Shown piece by piece: positions 11,800 to 24,885 of a stretch of 48,274 nucleotides of DNA; within the stretch, counting starts at the first letter, position 1; every line of letters starts with the position of its first letter. Where the stretch lies: NCBI GenBank assembly GCA_030141605.1, contig JAQGDQ010001307.1:1-48274 (forward strand). The letters are read 5' to 3'. The translations under genes were made by a program, and so were the position numbers. The notes under the pieces are model-generated. The model worked only from the letters and a program-made list of their open reading frames with translations. It had not been told where the DNA came from and did not search any database. This DNA comes from Tubiluchus corallicola. Taxonomy: Eukaryota; Animalia; Priapulida.

Positions 11800-13710
11800 A
11801 GATTATTAAATTAAGCAAGTAGCTCAACTAAGTTGCTACTTGTTGTACCAGTTGCAGATGCAATGTCGCCATTGTTGACGAACTGCTTTGCCAAGTGGAT
11901 CATGCATTTTCCATACCTGGAAAGCCTTCTCTCTGCAGATGTACTTCCGGAAAACCTGTGGAACATCAAATTGAAGCAGCTCATGTGGCTTTCAAGAAGC
12001 TTGCAAAATGAGTTTTTAAGTTAAATCCAAAAAAGTCGACCGACCTCACATTCAAAGTGCCATCATCTCGACTTTCTTTAATGCTCTCAGGCTATGGGCT
12101 AAGACTTTGACTCTCTATTATTGTGACAACAGAAAAAACTCAAACCTTTTCATCAGCAAGAGCTTCGTTTCATCCTGAGCATCAAATGTGACAAGTACAT
12201 CATCAACATAATTGTCCTTGAATGAGCAAACATCCATAGCATCTTGTCCACCATCATAAAGCACTGACTTAGTTGGTCAGAACATGTTATCAGATTGCAG
12301 AAAACACTATAGAAATGCATCTTTGTCAAGGACGAGTTGAAACCACCCCTAGAATAGTACTTTCTAGTGACCTAATCTTAGCTTCAATTTTAGAACTAAG
12401 TTCAGACAAATTTCTGTTCAATGTAGTTTTTGAAGCAAGAAATTCTTTAACTTCATCTAAATGGGAACTATCATCTGAACTACAATAAATATATGATAGC
12501 TTGTCATACAACTCTGTGAGCATTTCAGTTGAAAATCTCAAATCAGTAATTGCAGCATTACATCTGTCAACAAAGTTTTGATAATTAGCAATACATTTGT
12601 CAAATTCTAAGTCTAACAATGTAGTACATGTGAAAAACACCTCACCATAGTGCTGTGAGTTTATTTTCAGGTTCTGGATCAGTATCTTCACCTCCAGCTG
12701 GTGTCCATGCAATGGATCTTTGTCTGGAACCATCTTCGGAATTGCTCCAGTTGCAGCTGTTGGGGTGGCTCCATGTGAAAAGACAGAAGACTTCCAAAAG
12801 GACAGATGACTTTCCAGATGACAGAAGACATCCAAAAGGACAGAGGACTTCCAAGAGGACTGAGGATATCCAATAGGACATCCTTTACTGTGAATACTGT
12901 GAATAGGACTGAAGACTTCCTATATGACATAGGACTTTCTAGAAGACAAAAGTCTGCCTAAATGACTTCTTAGAGGACAGAAGAATTCAATAGGAGAGAT
13001 GACTTCCAAAAGGACCGAGGACTTCCAAGAATGACTTTAAAGATCATTATCTGGAGAAAAAATTACTTTCAAGAGGTCAGAAGACTCCCTAGATGACAGA
13101 GGAGTTCCAGGACGATAGACGACATCAATGAGAATAGATTACTGTTAAGTGGACAGAAGGCCTTCCGGAGAACTTCATAGATGACGGATTACTCTCAAGC
13201 ACATAGAAGACCTACAGGAGGACTTTCTAGAAGACAAAGGTCTTTCTAGATAACTTCCTAGAGGACAGAAATCTTCCTGTAGGATAGATGACTTCCAAGA
13301 GGACAGAGGACATTCTAGAAGACAAAGGTTTTTCTATATGACTTCCTAGATGACAGATTACTTCCACACAGTCAGAAGACCTCCTAGAGGACTTCAAAGA
13401 TGACAGATGACTTCCTAGAAGATAAAAACTTGCTAGAGGACTTTTCAGAGGATTGAAAACTTCGAGGAGAACAGAGGACTTCATAGAGAACAGAAGACTT
13501 CCAAGAGGAAAGAGAACTTCCAAGAGGACTTGTTAGAAGACAGTGGACCTCATAGAGGACTTCTTATATGACAGGGGACCTCCAGAAAAACAAATGTTTT
13601 ACAGAAAAACTTCATAGAGGACAGAGCACTTCCAATACGACAGAGGACTTCCAGGAGGACAGGTGACTTCTTAGAAGGCAAAGGTCTTCCTAGTGGACTT
13701 CCAGAAGAAT
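11800..13710 (-). mobile_element. BEL/Pao-like LTR retrotransposon remnant: repeat-rich leader, gag-like coiled-coil ORF, RT fragments
   Basis: Minus strand encodes DNYVDDVLVTFDAQDETKLL (YVDD at 12199-12210) and MHDPLGK (DPLG at 11890-11901), both resembling BEL/Pao pol motifs. The upstream helical ORF 12326-12835 is preceded by degenerate GGAAGTC repeats. Confidence 0.6.
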
Positions 13711-14412
13711 TTTTAGCAAATTTTGTGGCCCTTTAATTTGGTACACTTAACCTGATTATATCAAATGCGAACAAACCAGTTTTAAATATTTGGAATTAAA
13801 TAATAAATTAAAAATACAGGCTAACCTATAACTCTCATAGAGTCAAAGTTACATGATTTCTGATGCCACCAAACTTATCTTAGTGTAATTCAGTTTTTAC
13901 AATGTAGTCTTTAGTAGTCAAATGTAGTACAGGAATGAAGAAGAAGAAGAAGTATAGAAAAGCTTGTTGTCCCAGGCATGAATCTCTCTTGACTTTGCAG
14001 CCACTCTGCTTCTCTTTGGGCCTATATTTTCATGTGAATCTAATCTTCCTTTTCACCTACATGACATTCCCTAAGTCTGGTCATTGTCATTACTCTCACC
14101 ATCACTCTCAGTTATTTTATTTCGCAGTTTCTACTTCTCATTCTGCTTTCTGCTCAAGCCAGTACAAGTCTACCTTCTGGGCTTGTGCCGATATCAATAG
14201 CTGGTGAAAATTTAAATTTTATTCTGTTTTGTAGTAGCAATATCTTGACAGTACTGTTTGTAATAATGTATTAGTTATGTCATTTTAGAATAAACTAGAC
14301 TACACTAAACTAAACTTTCTTTTGGCGGACGACATTACATGGAACATAAGCCGCGTCAGTTAGTTGACACTGTTACAGGGTGCAGTTTGATCACATGTAT
14401 TGTTGACAGTTT

Positions 14413-14520
14413 ACCTTGATGACTCTCAATGCTTAAAGTGGGTAAGTCTAGTTTTCACCTTGATGACTCTCAATGCTTAAAGTGGGTAAGTATAGTTTTC
14501 ACCTTGATGGCTCAATGCTT
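14413..14520 (+). repeat. 44-bp tandem repeat, ~2.5 copies
   Basis: accttgatgactctcaatgcttaaagtgggtaag starts at 14413 and 14457, with a partial copy at 14501. Confidence 0.9.
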
Positions 14521-14668
14521 GAAATGGTCAAATACAGTTTTGGTTGTAAATTTGACAGACAATTTGCAGGTCCTCTCGGTAATGCAGACGACAGCATAAT
14601 TTACATCTATTTGAGGTCCCTATAGTCTTATTAAAAGCTTTTTTAGTCCTGTGCAAAGTTCGGTCAAA

Positions 14669-15773
14669 CTTGGAAGTCATCTATCCTACAGGAAGATTTC
14701 TGTCCTCTAGGAAGTTATCTAGAAAGACCTTTGTCTTCTAGAAAGTCCTCCTGTAGGTCTTCTATGTGCTTGAGAGTAATCCGTCATCTATGAAGTTCTC
14801 CGGAAGGCCTTCTGTCCACTTAACAGTAATCTATTCTCATTGATGTCGTCTATCGTCCTGGAACTCCTCTGTCATCTAGGGAGTCTTCTGACCTCTTGAA
14901 AGTAATTTTTTCTCCAGATAATGATCTTTAAAGTCATTCTTGGAAGTCCTCTGTCCTTTTGGAAGTCATCTCTCCTATTGAATTCTTCTGTCCTCTAAGA
15001 AGTCATTTAGGCAGACTTTTGTCTTCTAGAAAGTCCTATGTCATATAGGAAGTCAACAGTCCTATTCACAGTAATCACAGTAAAGGATGTCCTATTGGAT
15101 ATCCTCTGTCCTCTTGGAAGTCCTCTGTCCTTTTGGATGTCTTCTGTCATCTGGAAAGTCATTTAGGCAGACTTTTGTCTTCTAGAAAGTCCTATGTCAT
15201 ATAGGAAGTCTTCAGTCCTATTCACAGTATTCACAGTAAAGGATGTCCTATTGGATATCCTCTGTCCTCTTGGAAGTCCTCTGTCCTTTTGGATGTCTTC
15301 TGTCATCTGGAAAGTCATCTGTCCTTTTGGAAGTCTTCTGTCTTTTCACATGGAGCCACCCCAACAGCTGCAACTGGAGCAATTCCGAAGATGGTTCCAG
15401 ACAAAGATCCATTGCATGGACACCAGCTGGAGGTGAAGATACTGATCCAGAACCTGAAAATAAACTCACAGCACTATGGTGAGGTGTTTTTCACATGTAC
15501 TACATTGTTAGACTTAGAATTTGACAAATGTATTGCTAATTATCAAAACTTTGTTGACAGATGTAATGCTGCAATTACTGATTTGAGATTTTCAACTGAA
15601 ATGCTCACAGAGTTGTATGACAAGCTATCATATATTTATTGTAGTTCAGATGATAGTTCCCATTTAGATGAAGTTAAAGAATTTCTTGCTTCAAAAACTA
15701 CATTGAACAGAAATTTGTCTGAACTTAGTTCTAAAATTGAAGCTAAGATTAGGTCACTAGAAAGTACTATTCT
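14669..15773 (+). repeat. Inverted duplicate of 12351-13299 (BEL/Pao-like leader plus gag-like ORF) with an extra internal 156-bp tandem duplication
   Basis: Reverse complement of the left arm; ORF 15289-15891 is identical to 12326-12835 up to ESTIL; 15001-15156 is repeated at 15157-15312. Confidence 0.92.
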
Positions 15774-16507
15774 TGAGGGGATTTTAGGAGTTACTATGAT
15801 AAAACATAACAATCGACTGAAATGGCCCATTGTTAAACAAAACCACGCTTTACAAACTTTAAATAAAACACATCCTTATTATATGTTTTAATCCTCCGTT
15901 ATAGCCACTTGAATATTTTTACACCTTTCTGAAATTTGCAAATAATCGAAGAAAAATAATCTGACACGTTAAATTTAATGACAACAAATACGAAACCTAG
16001 AAGTTAAATGCAGAATGTGTTTCCTGCTGCTCAACTGCTGTTGCTCCGACTATTTTCTGAGAAGTCACTCGCCTTAATAACCTAGAACACTGTTGTAATA
16101 CAACACACAAAAGCACTTCTTAAAATGTTCTGTTACATGTATTATTGTCTACTTTCATTAGTATGACTGTCACGACTTAGTATATTTTAAGATTATACTG
16201 TGGGCAAAGTGAGATCAAATACATCAAGAAGACGAGAATGCTATACACAAGCAACACTTTTCTTTTTTATAACATGCAACAAAAACAAAATATGATGATC
16301 TTTTTGCAAAATTCTAAATTTTAAATGTCAATTTCTATTTTTCAATGTTTTTTAATTCTTATTTTGTCACATTGGCGGACATTCAAATGAAACTAGGTCT
16401 ACAAACTAGGCCCACTATTGCTTTTGTTTGTATATCGCTTCATTTTGCGAACGCGTTTAGAATAATGGGAACTTATGATTTTAGTCAAATATATTCACCG
16501 TGGCGTC

Positions 16508-16947
16508 TTATTTACGAAAAATCCATTTTGGAGAACCTGCTGAACGTGTGCAATGCCTGGCTATATTCACATTGCCCTGATACCGACTCCGAATTTCACG
16601 TACAAACATCTTATAAACATGTATATTTTGATTCACTGTGTCTCCATACTTTGCTAGATAGGAACTCGCGTTCATCCACATCCCTGTATGGGTAATAAAC
16701 GCGTTGTCAAGTATGTGAAAATCATAATCCTGAAAACACATTTCAAAGACATGTTGTGTCTTGTCTCGTCCATTTCCGCGAAATCTTTCATCTTGCATGG
16801 GTTCACAGTTGTTTCCTAGAAAGAAAAGCTGACGATTAAAATCGAATCAATTCAACACTAAATACATAGAAAATGCAAACCTACAACTAAGCAAAAAATG
16901 CCATCTTCAATGCTAAAATCAATGTTAAAAGTTCCACTGAAATAATA

Positions 16948-17008
<61 letters not shown>

Positions 17009-18851
17009 TAGGACACTGAAATTAGCAAAGTTAAAAAACATTACAAGAAGAGTAAAATTTAGGTTAGTTGTGATAGTTATGGTCGTTTTAGGCAGAGGTG
17101 TCTAAAACTGGTCCAAATAGATGTGATATGATATTATAAGTTGTACATACCGATGTAAACAGGTTCCCATGTTGATGGAATCCACTTGGTGATGTAAAAT
17201 ACATTTAATGAATTCTTTGATGATATTTTAGCAGTCATCCACATTTCAAGATGTGGAATGAAATGTGACATAGGTGCGACATTCTGCAAAAAATCAAACT
17301 ATTCAAGCAAGTTGTTTGAAAAGGGCAAGGTGTGAAAAACAAAAATCTAAGAAAAAAGACCATATTACTTGGAGCGTTTATGAAGGGGTTTGGGCAACAT
17401 TTCATATATATTCCATTCTTGTTGCTTTGATCCACTGAGTGTGCTGTTCTAGGTAATCACTAAAATGCAAGGTCTAAGACACATTACTATTGTAGCAATT
17501 TGATTTTGTACGATTATTATAATTACTTTGTAGCAAGGTAGCTTGCTCCTTAAAGTTCCGTAGAATTCCGTAGTTCACAAGTTGACAGTGTCTCGTATGC
17601 TGCAAAAACGGCAGTAAAATCTTTTTATGCGCTCACTAAGAGTAGGCCTAAACAGCATCACCACTAAAGCATATATATATATATATATTGTTCCGGGGTT
17701 CGACCCGCTAGATAGCCTTACGTGCACGTGCAACAACAACGACACAAAAAACTTTTTAATGCATTAAATTAAAAATTAAGCTATTGCACATTTTATGGAA
17801 CTCTGGTGGTGGTGTTTCATCTGCGAGTGAAACACACATGCCAAAAATGTCAAAAAATGAACAAAATAAAAGCAAGAGATGGTTTTTTTCTCTCTTATAA
17901 TACTGTGAAATGTGTCAAATTCTAATAATGATTCAGTCACACACAAATAATGTGAAACAGAAAGTGAGAAATGTAAATTTAAATATATTTAAGATCAATA
18001 AATTTCATCAAAACAACTCAATTGATACACTCTCGTGGAATTGAGTTCAATTTAAAATTAAATTAACAAAACATCATTAACTAGTAAACTAATATTTTTT
18101 AGTAAACAGTGACAAGTTTTGAACCAGAGGCAACCTCTCTAATCATCACCAAATATACTGAACTTCAAATCAATTGTATAAATACTTTAGGGTTATTTCT
18201 ACTCAAGTGAGGTTAAAAGAATAAAGGAGTGGCAAAGAGAATGTGTGACTGAAAATTTTTCTCTAAAAATAAAGTAGTTAGAGAACTCACATTGCGAAAC
18301 TGAATTGCATGCCCATTTCTTATTAATTTTACTAAGTCATCTTTGTTATCTGGAACTGGATGACCTTCAGAAATCTCAAAACTTGGAATAACATAAGCAA
18401 TTTTTTTCCTTTCAGTACTACCATTGTGCCTATTTTCATCCATCATGCACAGGAAATTTTCCATAAAGTTAATAGAAAGTTTAAATTCAATGTCTAGAAG
18501 CAAGACGTAGCTAGTATAAACAGCAATGCGGGCTGCATTTCTTCCTGCATTTATAGGATAAGTACCATAGCGAGAATTGTTAGAATCGCCTGGAAGTGGC
18601 TGATAAAGATCAGAACAAGGTTTTCCATGATTATTAGATCTTCCTGATGTGTACAGTGGCGCATTTTCTGGGAAAAATAAAGAAATTGTCACTCTGTCCG
18701 AAAATTTGTGATTGCATTTTCGAGCTAGCGACACGTAGTCGATAATAACGTCGTAGTTATCCCCTGGTGTAAACAATGCTGCTGATATTGGCCCATTATG
18801 TCTTTTTACTAGATCTGTTAAATGATGGACGTACTGCTTGGAACCCTGAGT
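16508..18851 (-). pseudogene. GT49 glycosyltransferase (B4GAT1-like glucuronyltransferase), copy A, 5' end missing or disrupted
   Basis: Exons ~18851-18291, 17283-17151 and 16815-16508 with canonical splice sites. Motifs GPISAALFTPG, YPINAGRNAAR, LLDIE, WEPVYIG, DERFRGNG, FHILDNAF. An in-frame stop lies just upstream of TQGSKQ and no signal anchor is visible. Confidence 0.8.
16948..17007 (+). repeat. (AAT)~20 microsatellite in the GT49 copy A intron
   Basis: Perfect run; absent at the equivalent position of copy B. Confidence 0.95.
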
Positions 18852-20927
18852 TTACGTAACGAAAACATTTTAAAGCAGTTTTATCCGGCCGAAGTGCTAA
18901 AACCTGAACTGAATCAATTGCTCTCTGAATGAAGTTGAGCTGCATTTGGTGAGCAAATTTCAACTTCTTCTACCCTAATTATGATTAAATAGTTTCACTT
19001 CGTAAGAAAAGCTACATTATAGTAAGAAGTAAACTGCATGGAAAATCATGAGTTTCACAAAAATTCTTAACCAAAAGTGTGAAATTATTGTTGCTGGAAT
19101 TAACGTGATGTTTCAAACGTGATGTTTCAAGACTTTCAAACAAAATCTTAAGCGTTTTCTGTTTTGCACCAACTTTTTCTTTGCGAAATGTTATTTATAA
19201 CCGATGCTATATTCTGAAGAACATCCATTAACGACATGGTAATGGATATTATAAAGAAGATTCAAGGTGGCATTATTAATCCGCGTTTACCAGACATCGG
19301 ATTTCTCTCGCATTTTTCTCAAATTTAACGAATAGGTATAGAGACTGGAAATTACTTATGGCAACGGCTTGCGAGACGAACCTATGATGCCACATGTTTT
19401 CGATCTCTTGGTTCAATTCGCAAATCCATGTGGTATGGTACGTAGAAACTTCATGTGGTGGCATAGCTAGATTTGGACAATTCGGGTAGAAAACCAAAAT
19501 GTTGGTTAAAAGATTCAGTTCATATGGAGTCGGACGAACTGTCGACATAGCACAGGCGGCTTTAAATATATCAATGTCACTTACTTCGTAAAGTATAGCA
19601 GAATCATCAAAATACAATCTAGCATTAACGGCGTTTGAGGTATATCGACAAAATTGTCTGATGAGAGAGTATGTGAGAGTTTTAACACTAGGCAACTTAG
19701 TGGTTCATCTTCAAAATAGCAGTAAATTTTAATGTATGAAGGTGTCACTGTCTGATCACTAACGAGGTTTTTAAGCACCATAATAGTTAATATAGTAACA
19801 GTCTGTGGAGCGAGGTATGACGTCATGCTGGATGCTGATCAATACACTTGCAGTTGTCAAGTGAAGGCAATATTTTCCAGATGCATAACATATGCTTTCC
19901 AAATGTATGACAAATTAATTTTCTACCGAATAAAATTACCGATTACAAAAGAAAACTTATTCTTATACTAAAATACCCTTTTTGTGAATAATGAATATCT
20001 TTTTAATGAGTAATGAATATAACCTAAAGGCGTAAAATTGGTACTGCGAGGGCATAATAACTTAATAATTGATTAATTAATTCCAAATTAATAACTTGTA
20101 ATTTGTGGACTATATTGCATTTGTATTTATATTTACTTCACTGGAAAAAAATATCTGTACTTTAATGACAATTGTAAGATTTGGTGGGGAAATAAATAAA
20201 CTTCTGAACTTTTTTAGAATTTTTTCAATCACAGATGTCAATGATAGAGGCCTATAAATACCGACTTCGTCTTTTTACCTGCTTTATAAATTGGTGTGAC
20301 ATTTAAACTACCATATCTGCACTGAATTTAGATCCCTGTACATTAAACAAGATTAGCATTGACCAGGTTCCGCATTGCAACATAGAACAAACTACAATAT
20401 CAACCTGGAGCAAACTTCTAGTTGAAATTTAAAGAAGTTTTTAGATCAACTCAGATTATACTTAGAATCAACATAGAACGTTCAGCAAAAATAATATGCT
20501 GAACACAACAGTATAACAGTTTTAACAGTGATATCATGCAACAATTCATCTGTAAATATTAACTTTACATCTCTTGTAACAATATAGTGTTTATCCCGTT
20601 TCTGGTCTTTCTGTAATTCTTTTGTTATTTTTGAATATCATATAGAGAATATAGATAATAATCATGATTAATATAGGACAATCTTTTGCCTTTAGAACAT
20701 TTTGGGCTTAAATGTTAGGTGGCTATTTAAACGATTCCACTCTTAAAATTCCTACAATGTGTTTTGCAATCGTCTATTCGCTTGGTCACGCACGGTGGAT
20801 TACTGCAGTTATCTAAAATATAAAGCAAAGCTGAGATTGAATTTTGTGTTATAGTAGTTAATACAGAATTTTGTGTTATAGTAGTTAATACAAAACCATT
20901 AACACCTGAAATTCTGAAATTCGTGTG

Positions 20928-22133
20928 ATGAAGCTCAGTCATTATTTGCTGTTCTTTTTTATTATATATATATTAGCGTGCAACGTGATAGTAAATTATT
21001 TCAAAGTTCCGTTGTTTGATCTCTTACTCGATAAACGAGACAACAAAAAAGAGTTTGTGACTATTCATGTGGCGTTGACTGCATGTGATAATAAGCCATA
21101 TATCTTGGAACAATTTCAAGTCTTGGTAAAGTCTTCTCTTTTGGTGACATCTGAATTCATTCATTTCCACATCTTTGTTGATAATGTCAATACAAAAACT
21201 TCAATTGTTCATATATTGAGTGAAATGTTAAAAATAAAATTATTTGCGGTAAGTTTTCACCATCCCTGGTATCCTCCTACTGAGAATTATACTTTGTGGG
21301 TGAATCCAGGAAGAAAACGTTGTAACACTGCATGGCTATTCTTACCAGACGTTTTACCAAATGTGGAAAAGATTTTAGCATTAGATATGGATGCTATAGT
21401 TGTGAAACCCTTAGAAATGCTTTGGCGTCATTTTGACCGCATGTCCAAGTCTCAAATGATGGGCCTAACATTTGACTTTTCTGGACCACATACTGCTCGG
21501 ATGCGTGCTTATTATAACAACCAAAGCCATGACAAGCAAAAATTGGAAACTTTTCTTATGCCACAAAAAGGTTTGAATTCTGGAGTAGTTTTACTGGATC
21601 TAAAAAAAATGCGAAAGTCAGACTGGAAAACAAAAATAATAAAAAATTTTAAAATGACTAGCAATTGTTCACCAGGTGAAAGCCTATTTAAGTACTGCCT
21701 GATACCTCAGAATACCTGCAATGTGTATTTCCACAGAAATCCTGAAAAGCTCTATTTACTTTCCTGTGATTGGAATTTCTGGTGGGGACATGGATTCAAA
21801 AAGTGGGACAGAAGGGACGTAAAATTCGTACCCAAAAGTGGACACAAAGTTGTTTCAAAATATTGCAACGCTGCTCGTCTACGTGGTGTAGGAATTTTGC
21901 ATGGAGCTGACGGCAGTTTTTATAAAAATGAGGAAAGATGTAAATGGATATTTTTTTACGTGTTTAACCTATATAAATCCGTACGTGTGAATGAAACAAA
22001 AATTTCGGTGATCAAAAAACTAATGAAACTTCGCAATGAAATGCCTTTTCAGATTGGAGATTCAGCACGAACAGTTACTCAATGCATGTCTGTTGTAGAT
22101 TTAATTCTCAAATCTCTGATTGGAAATAAATGA
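20928..22133 (+). CDS. GT8 glycosyltransferase, glucoside xylosyltransferase (GXYLT1/2, shams)-like, intronless, 401 aa
   Basis: N-terminal signal anchor (YLLFFFIIYILACNVIV), followed by QVLVKSSL, IHFHIF, KRCNTAWLFLP, DxD in LALDMD, GLNSGVVLLDLKKMR, NVYFHRNPEKLYLLSCDWNF and GVGILHG, all in GXYLT order. The ORF is uninterrupted. Confidence 0.88.
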   Translation: MKLSHYLLFFFIIYILACNVIVNYFKVPLFDLLLDKRDNKKEFVTIHVALTACDNKPYILEQFQVLVKSSLLVTSEFIHFHIFVDNVNTKTSIVHILSEMLKIKLFAVSFHHPWYPPTENYTLWVNPGRKRCNTAWLFLPDVLPNVEKILALDMDAIVVKPLEMLWRHFDRMSKSQMMGLTFDFSGPHTARMRAYYNNQSHDKQKLETFLMPQKGLNSGVVLLDLKKMRKSDWKTKIIKNFKMTSNCSPGESLFKYCLIPQNTCNVYFHRNPEKLYLLSCDWNFWWGHGFKKWDRRDVKFVPKSGHKVVSKYCNAARLRGVGILHGADGSFYKNEERCKWIFFYVFNLYKSVRVNETKISVIKKLMKLRNEMPFQIGDSARTVTQCMSVVDLILKSLIGNK

Positions 22134-22849
22134 ACAAAGAATTCGTTTTAACATTTTTTTACTCTGGAAGAACGGTTAACATAACAGCATAACTACAAAG
22201 ATGTTCCTGTTCGTTCAGTCTGCCTGCATATTTTTTGCCCATAACTAATGAGTTCTTTTACTGGCCATCCTTATCCAGGAAAGGGTTAGTAAATTATTTT
22301 TCGCGAAAGTAGGAATCTTAACTCCTCCAGGATGGCGGCACTCAAAATAAGTCTTATAAGACCTATGACTTTAATACTACAGTAAGAGCGCATAACTAAA
22401 TGACTACAAATTCCAGATTTATAAAGTGCCAGATTTAAGTAGCTATACTACAACTGAAGTTCTGAAGTCACAACTAAGTCGACATGGTACATCGACATGA
22501 CTCTCAGAATGACTTCGTTCTCGTTATTTTGTAATGAACTGAGTATTGGTACATCATGAACTGTAATGAACTGAGTATGTGATAATACGGTTGTCTAATC
22601 TATAAACTACCATACATAAAAGCTTCAGAAAATTTCAGTATTTTTTTGGGGTTATTGCAGTTACAATTACAATTTACATAATATACATTTTTTTGGGTTA
22701 TTGCAGTTACAATTACAATTCACATAATATACACACTGATTACAAAGATATAATTACACACATATATAACACTATAAAATCATATACTAAGAATACAAAA
22801 TTACAAGTCAAATCCAATAATTTAAACTAAAGACAGAACATCAAACTTT

Positions 22850-23400
22850 GATATATCAACCGAATGATGCAACATATATGTACATAAACACAAATTTAAT
22901 GTAGTTGCATACACATATAGTATTTAATTTAGATAAGTGATGTTAGTTATATATACACAATTCGTTTTTTTATTGTAATTACATCATAGGACTGAAACAG
23001 TTTAAAACAAAATTACAAGCAATTTGGAGAATTTCAGAATCGTTTGAGCCTAATAATAATTTAAGTTTGTCATCATCTGATAAGTTCAAGAGCAAATGTG
23101 TTTCATCTTCTATTTCTCCTTCCTTGGGGGCGCATTAAGTACAGTATCTTTCACTGGCTGGGATTTTATTAAGTGTATGATGTTTACCGGTTTCTGTTGC
23201 ATATTTAACGTTTAATATGTGACTTCTCACCGGCGAATATTTTACAGATCCATCATTGCCAAACATCCCCTGTATTAACTACCCAGCTGCTTTAGTATTT
23301 TAAGTTAACTTTAATAACTTCGGGCAGGTGGCGCCACAGTACCTAAGTGTTTAATTCTGATAAAACTAATAATGCCATCCGTTAAATAGAAAATTCGGTA
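22850..23400 (-). mobile_element. Non-LTR retrotransposon (LINE) ORF2 3'-end remnant
   Basis: Minus strand ATETGKHHTLNKIPASERYCT*CAPKEGEIEDETHLLL matches the ETGR...R.C..C...EDE.H zinc-knuckle of LINE ORF2 C-termini. Boundaries are approximate. Confidence 0.65.
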
Positions 23401-24168
23401 CCTGAATGAAGTGGGCAAACATTTGCCTAGATAGAATAACCTTGTATATAATGCATAGTATCCGATGGCTTCTATACTGTTCAAAATCTTATAGTGTTGA
23501 ATGGCCCTGTATATCGGCCACTTAGCTAGCGGTCATGCATCGCATGGCCATGACATACATAAATATTACATAGTATTAGTTTTTAACATGGCACAAAGTA
23601 TATGGTAACTAATGTTACATATCTTAACCACAAGATTTTCTGTTACTAAGCAGTTAGTGTGATTTATTTATGCGAGATTCGGAGCCATTCGGAAGAATCC
23701 GAAGCAAAGTTCTAGGTGAAGCCATGCTGTTATACTTTTTTCGTTTCTTATTCTTAACAGCCATTCTCAGATTACTAGTAAGTTCTTGAGATTTCTTCCT
23801 TCTAATCTAAGAGACGGATTGTTAGCAGTTCATGTGCACAGTGCTGCAATGATGTACAATAATTATAAGACGCCAGACATTAAACTAGCTATTAAGGAAG
23901 TGGACAGTAGCAACACATTTCTTTTTTATAAAGTGAAACAAAGTATGATGATCTTTTTTCAAAATTCTAAATGTTAAATGTTTATTTTTACTTTTAAATG
24001 TTTTAATTCAAATTTTGTCACATAGCTGAACATTTTAATGAAACTAGGTGTACAAACTAGGCCTACCATTGCTTCAGTTTGTATCGCGCATCCTTTTGTG
24101 AATTTAAAATGATGGGCGCTTATGATTTTAGTCAAATGATTGCAATCAAATATATCGGCCGTGGTGTC

Positions 24169-24885
24169 TTATTTACGAAAAATCCATTTTGGAGAACCTG
24201 CTGAACGTGTGCAATGCCCTTCTATATACACATTGCCCCGATACCGACTACGAATTTCACGTACAAACATCTTATAAACATGCATATTTTGATTCACTGT
24301 GTCTCCATACTTTGCTAGATAGGAACTCGCGTTCATCCACATCCCTGCATGGGTAACAAAGGCGTTGTCAAGTATATGAAAATCGTAATCTTGAAAACAC
24401 ATTTCAAAGGCATGTTGTGTCTTGTCTCGTTCATTTCCGCGAAATCTTTCATCATGCATGGGTTCACAGTTGTTTCCTAGAAAGAAAAGCTGACGATTTT
24501 AGTCACTCAATTAAAATCGAATCATTTCAATACTAACTACTTAGAAAATGCAAACCGAAAATTAAGCAAAAAATGCCATTTTCAAAAAAAAAATTCGAAA
24601 GAAACAATGAATACATTTTTGACCCTGATAACTGCACAAAAACTACAACAAAAAGAGCAAAATTTGGGTTAGTTATGATAGTTGTGGTTGTTCAACAGGC
24701 AGAGATGTCTAAAACAGGACCAAATAGATATGATATGATAAGTTGTACATACCGATGTAAACAGGCTCCCATGTTGATGGAATCCACTTGGTGATGTAAA
24801 ATACATTTAATGAATTCTTTGATGATACTTTTGCAGTCATCCACATTTCAAGATCTGGAATGAAATGTGACATTGGTGCAACATT
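24169..24885 (-). pseudogene. GT49 (B4GAT1-like) copy B, exons 2-3 only
   Basis: Exons 24885-24753 and 24476-24169 are close paralogs of copy A (shared segment ~16250-17715 vs ~23908-25315). The exon 2 acceptor is mutated from AG to AA, and exon 1 is absent with Gypsy sequence upstream. Confidence 0.88.

Noticed and set aside
17689-17712. TGTTCCGGGGTTCGACCCG (also at ~25289) as a tRNA T-arm, SINE or LTR start
   Set aside because: There is no cloverleaf or A box, and no matching 3' LTR was found after the Gypsy pol; the match is too short to call.
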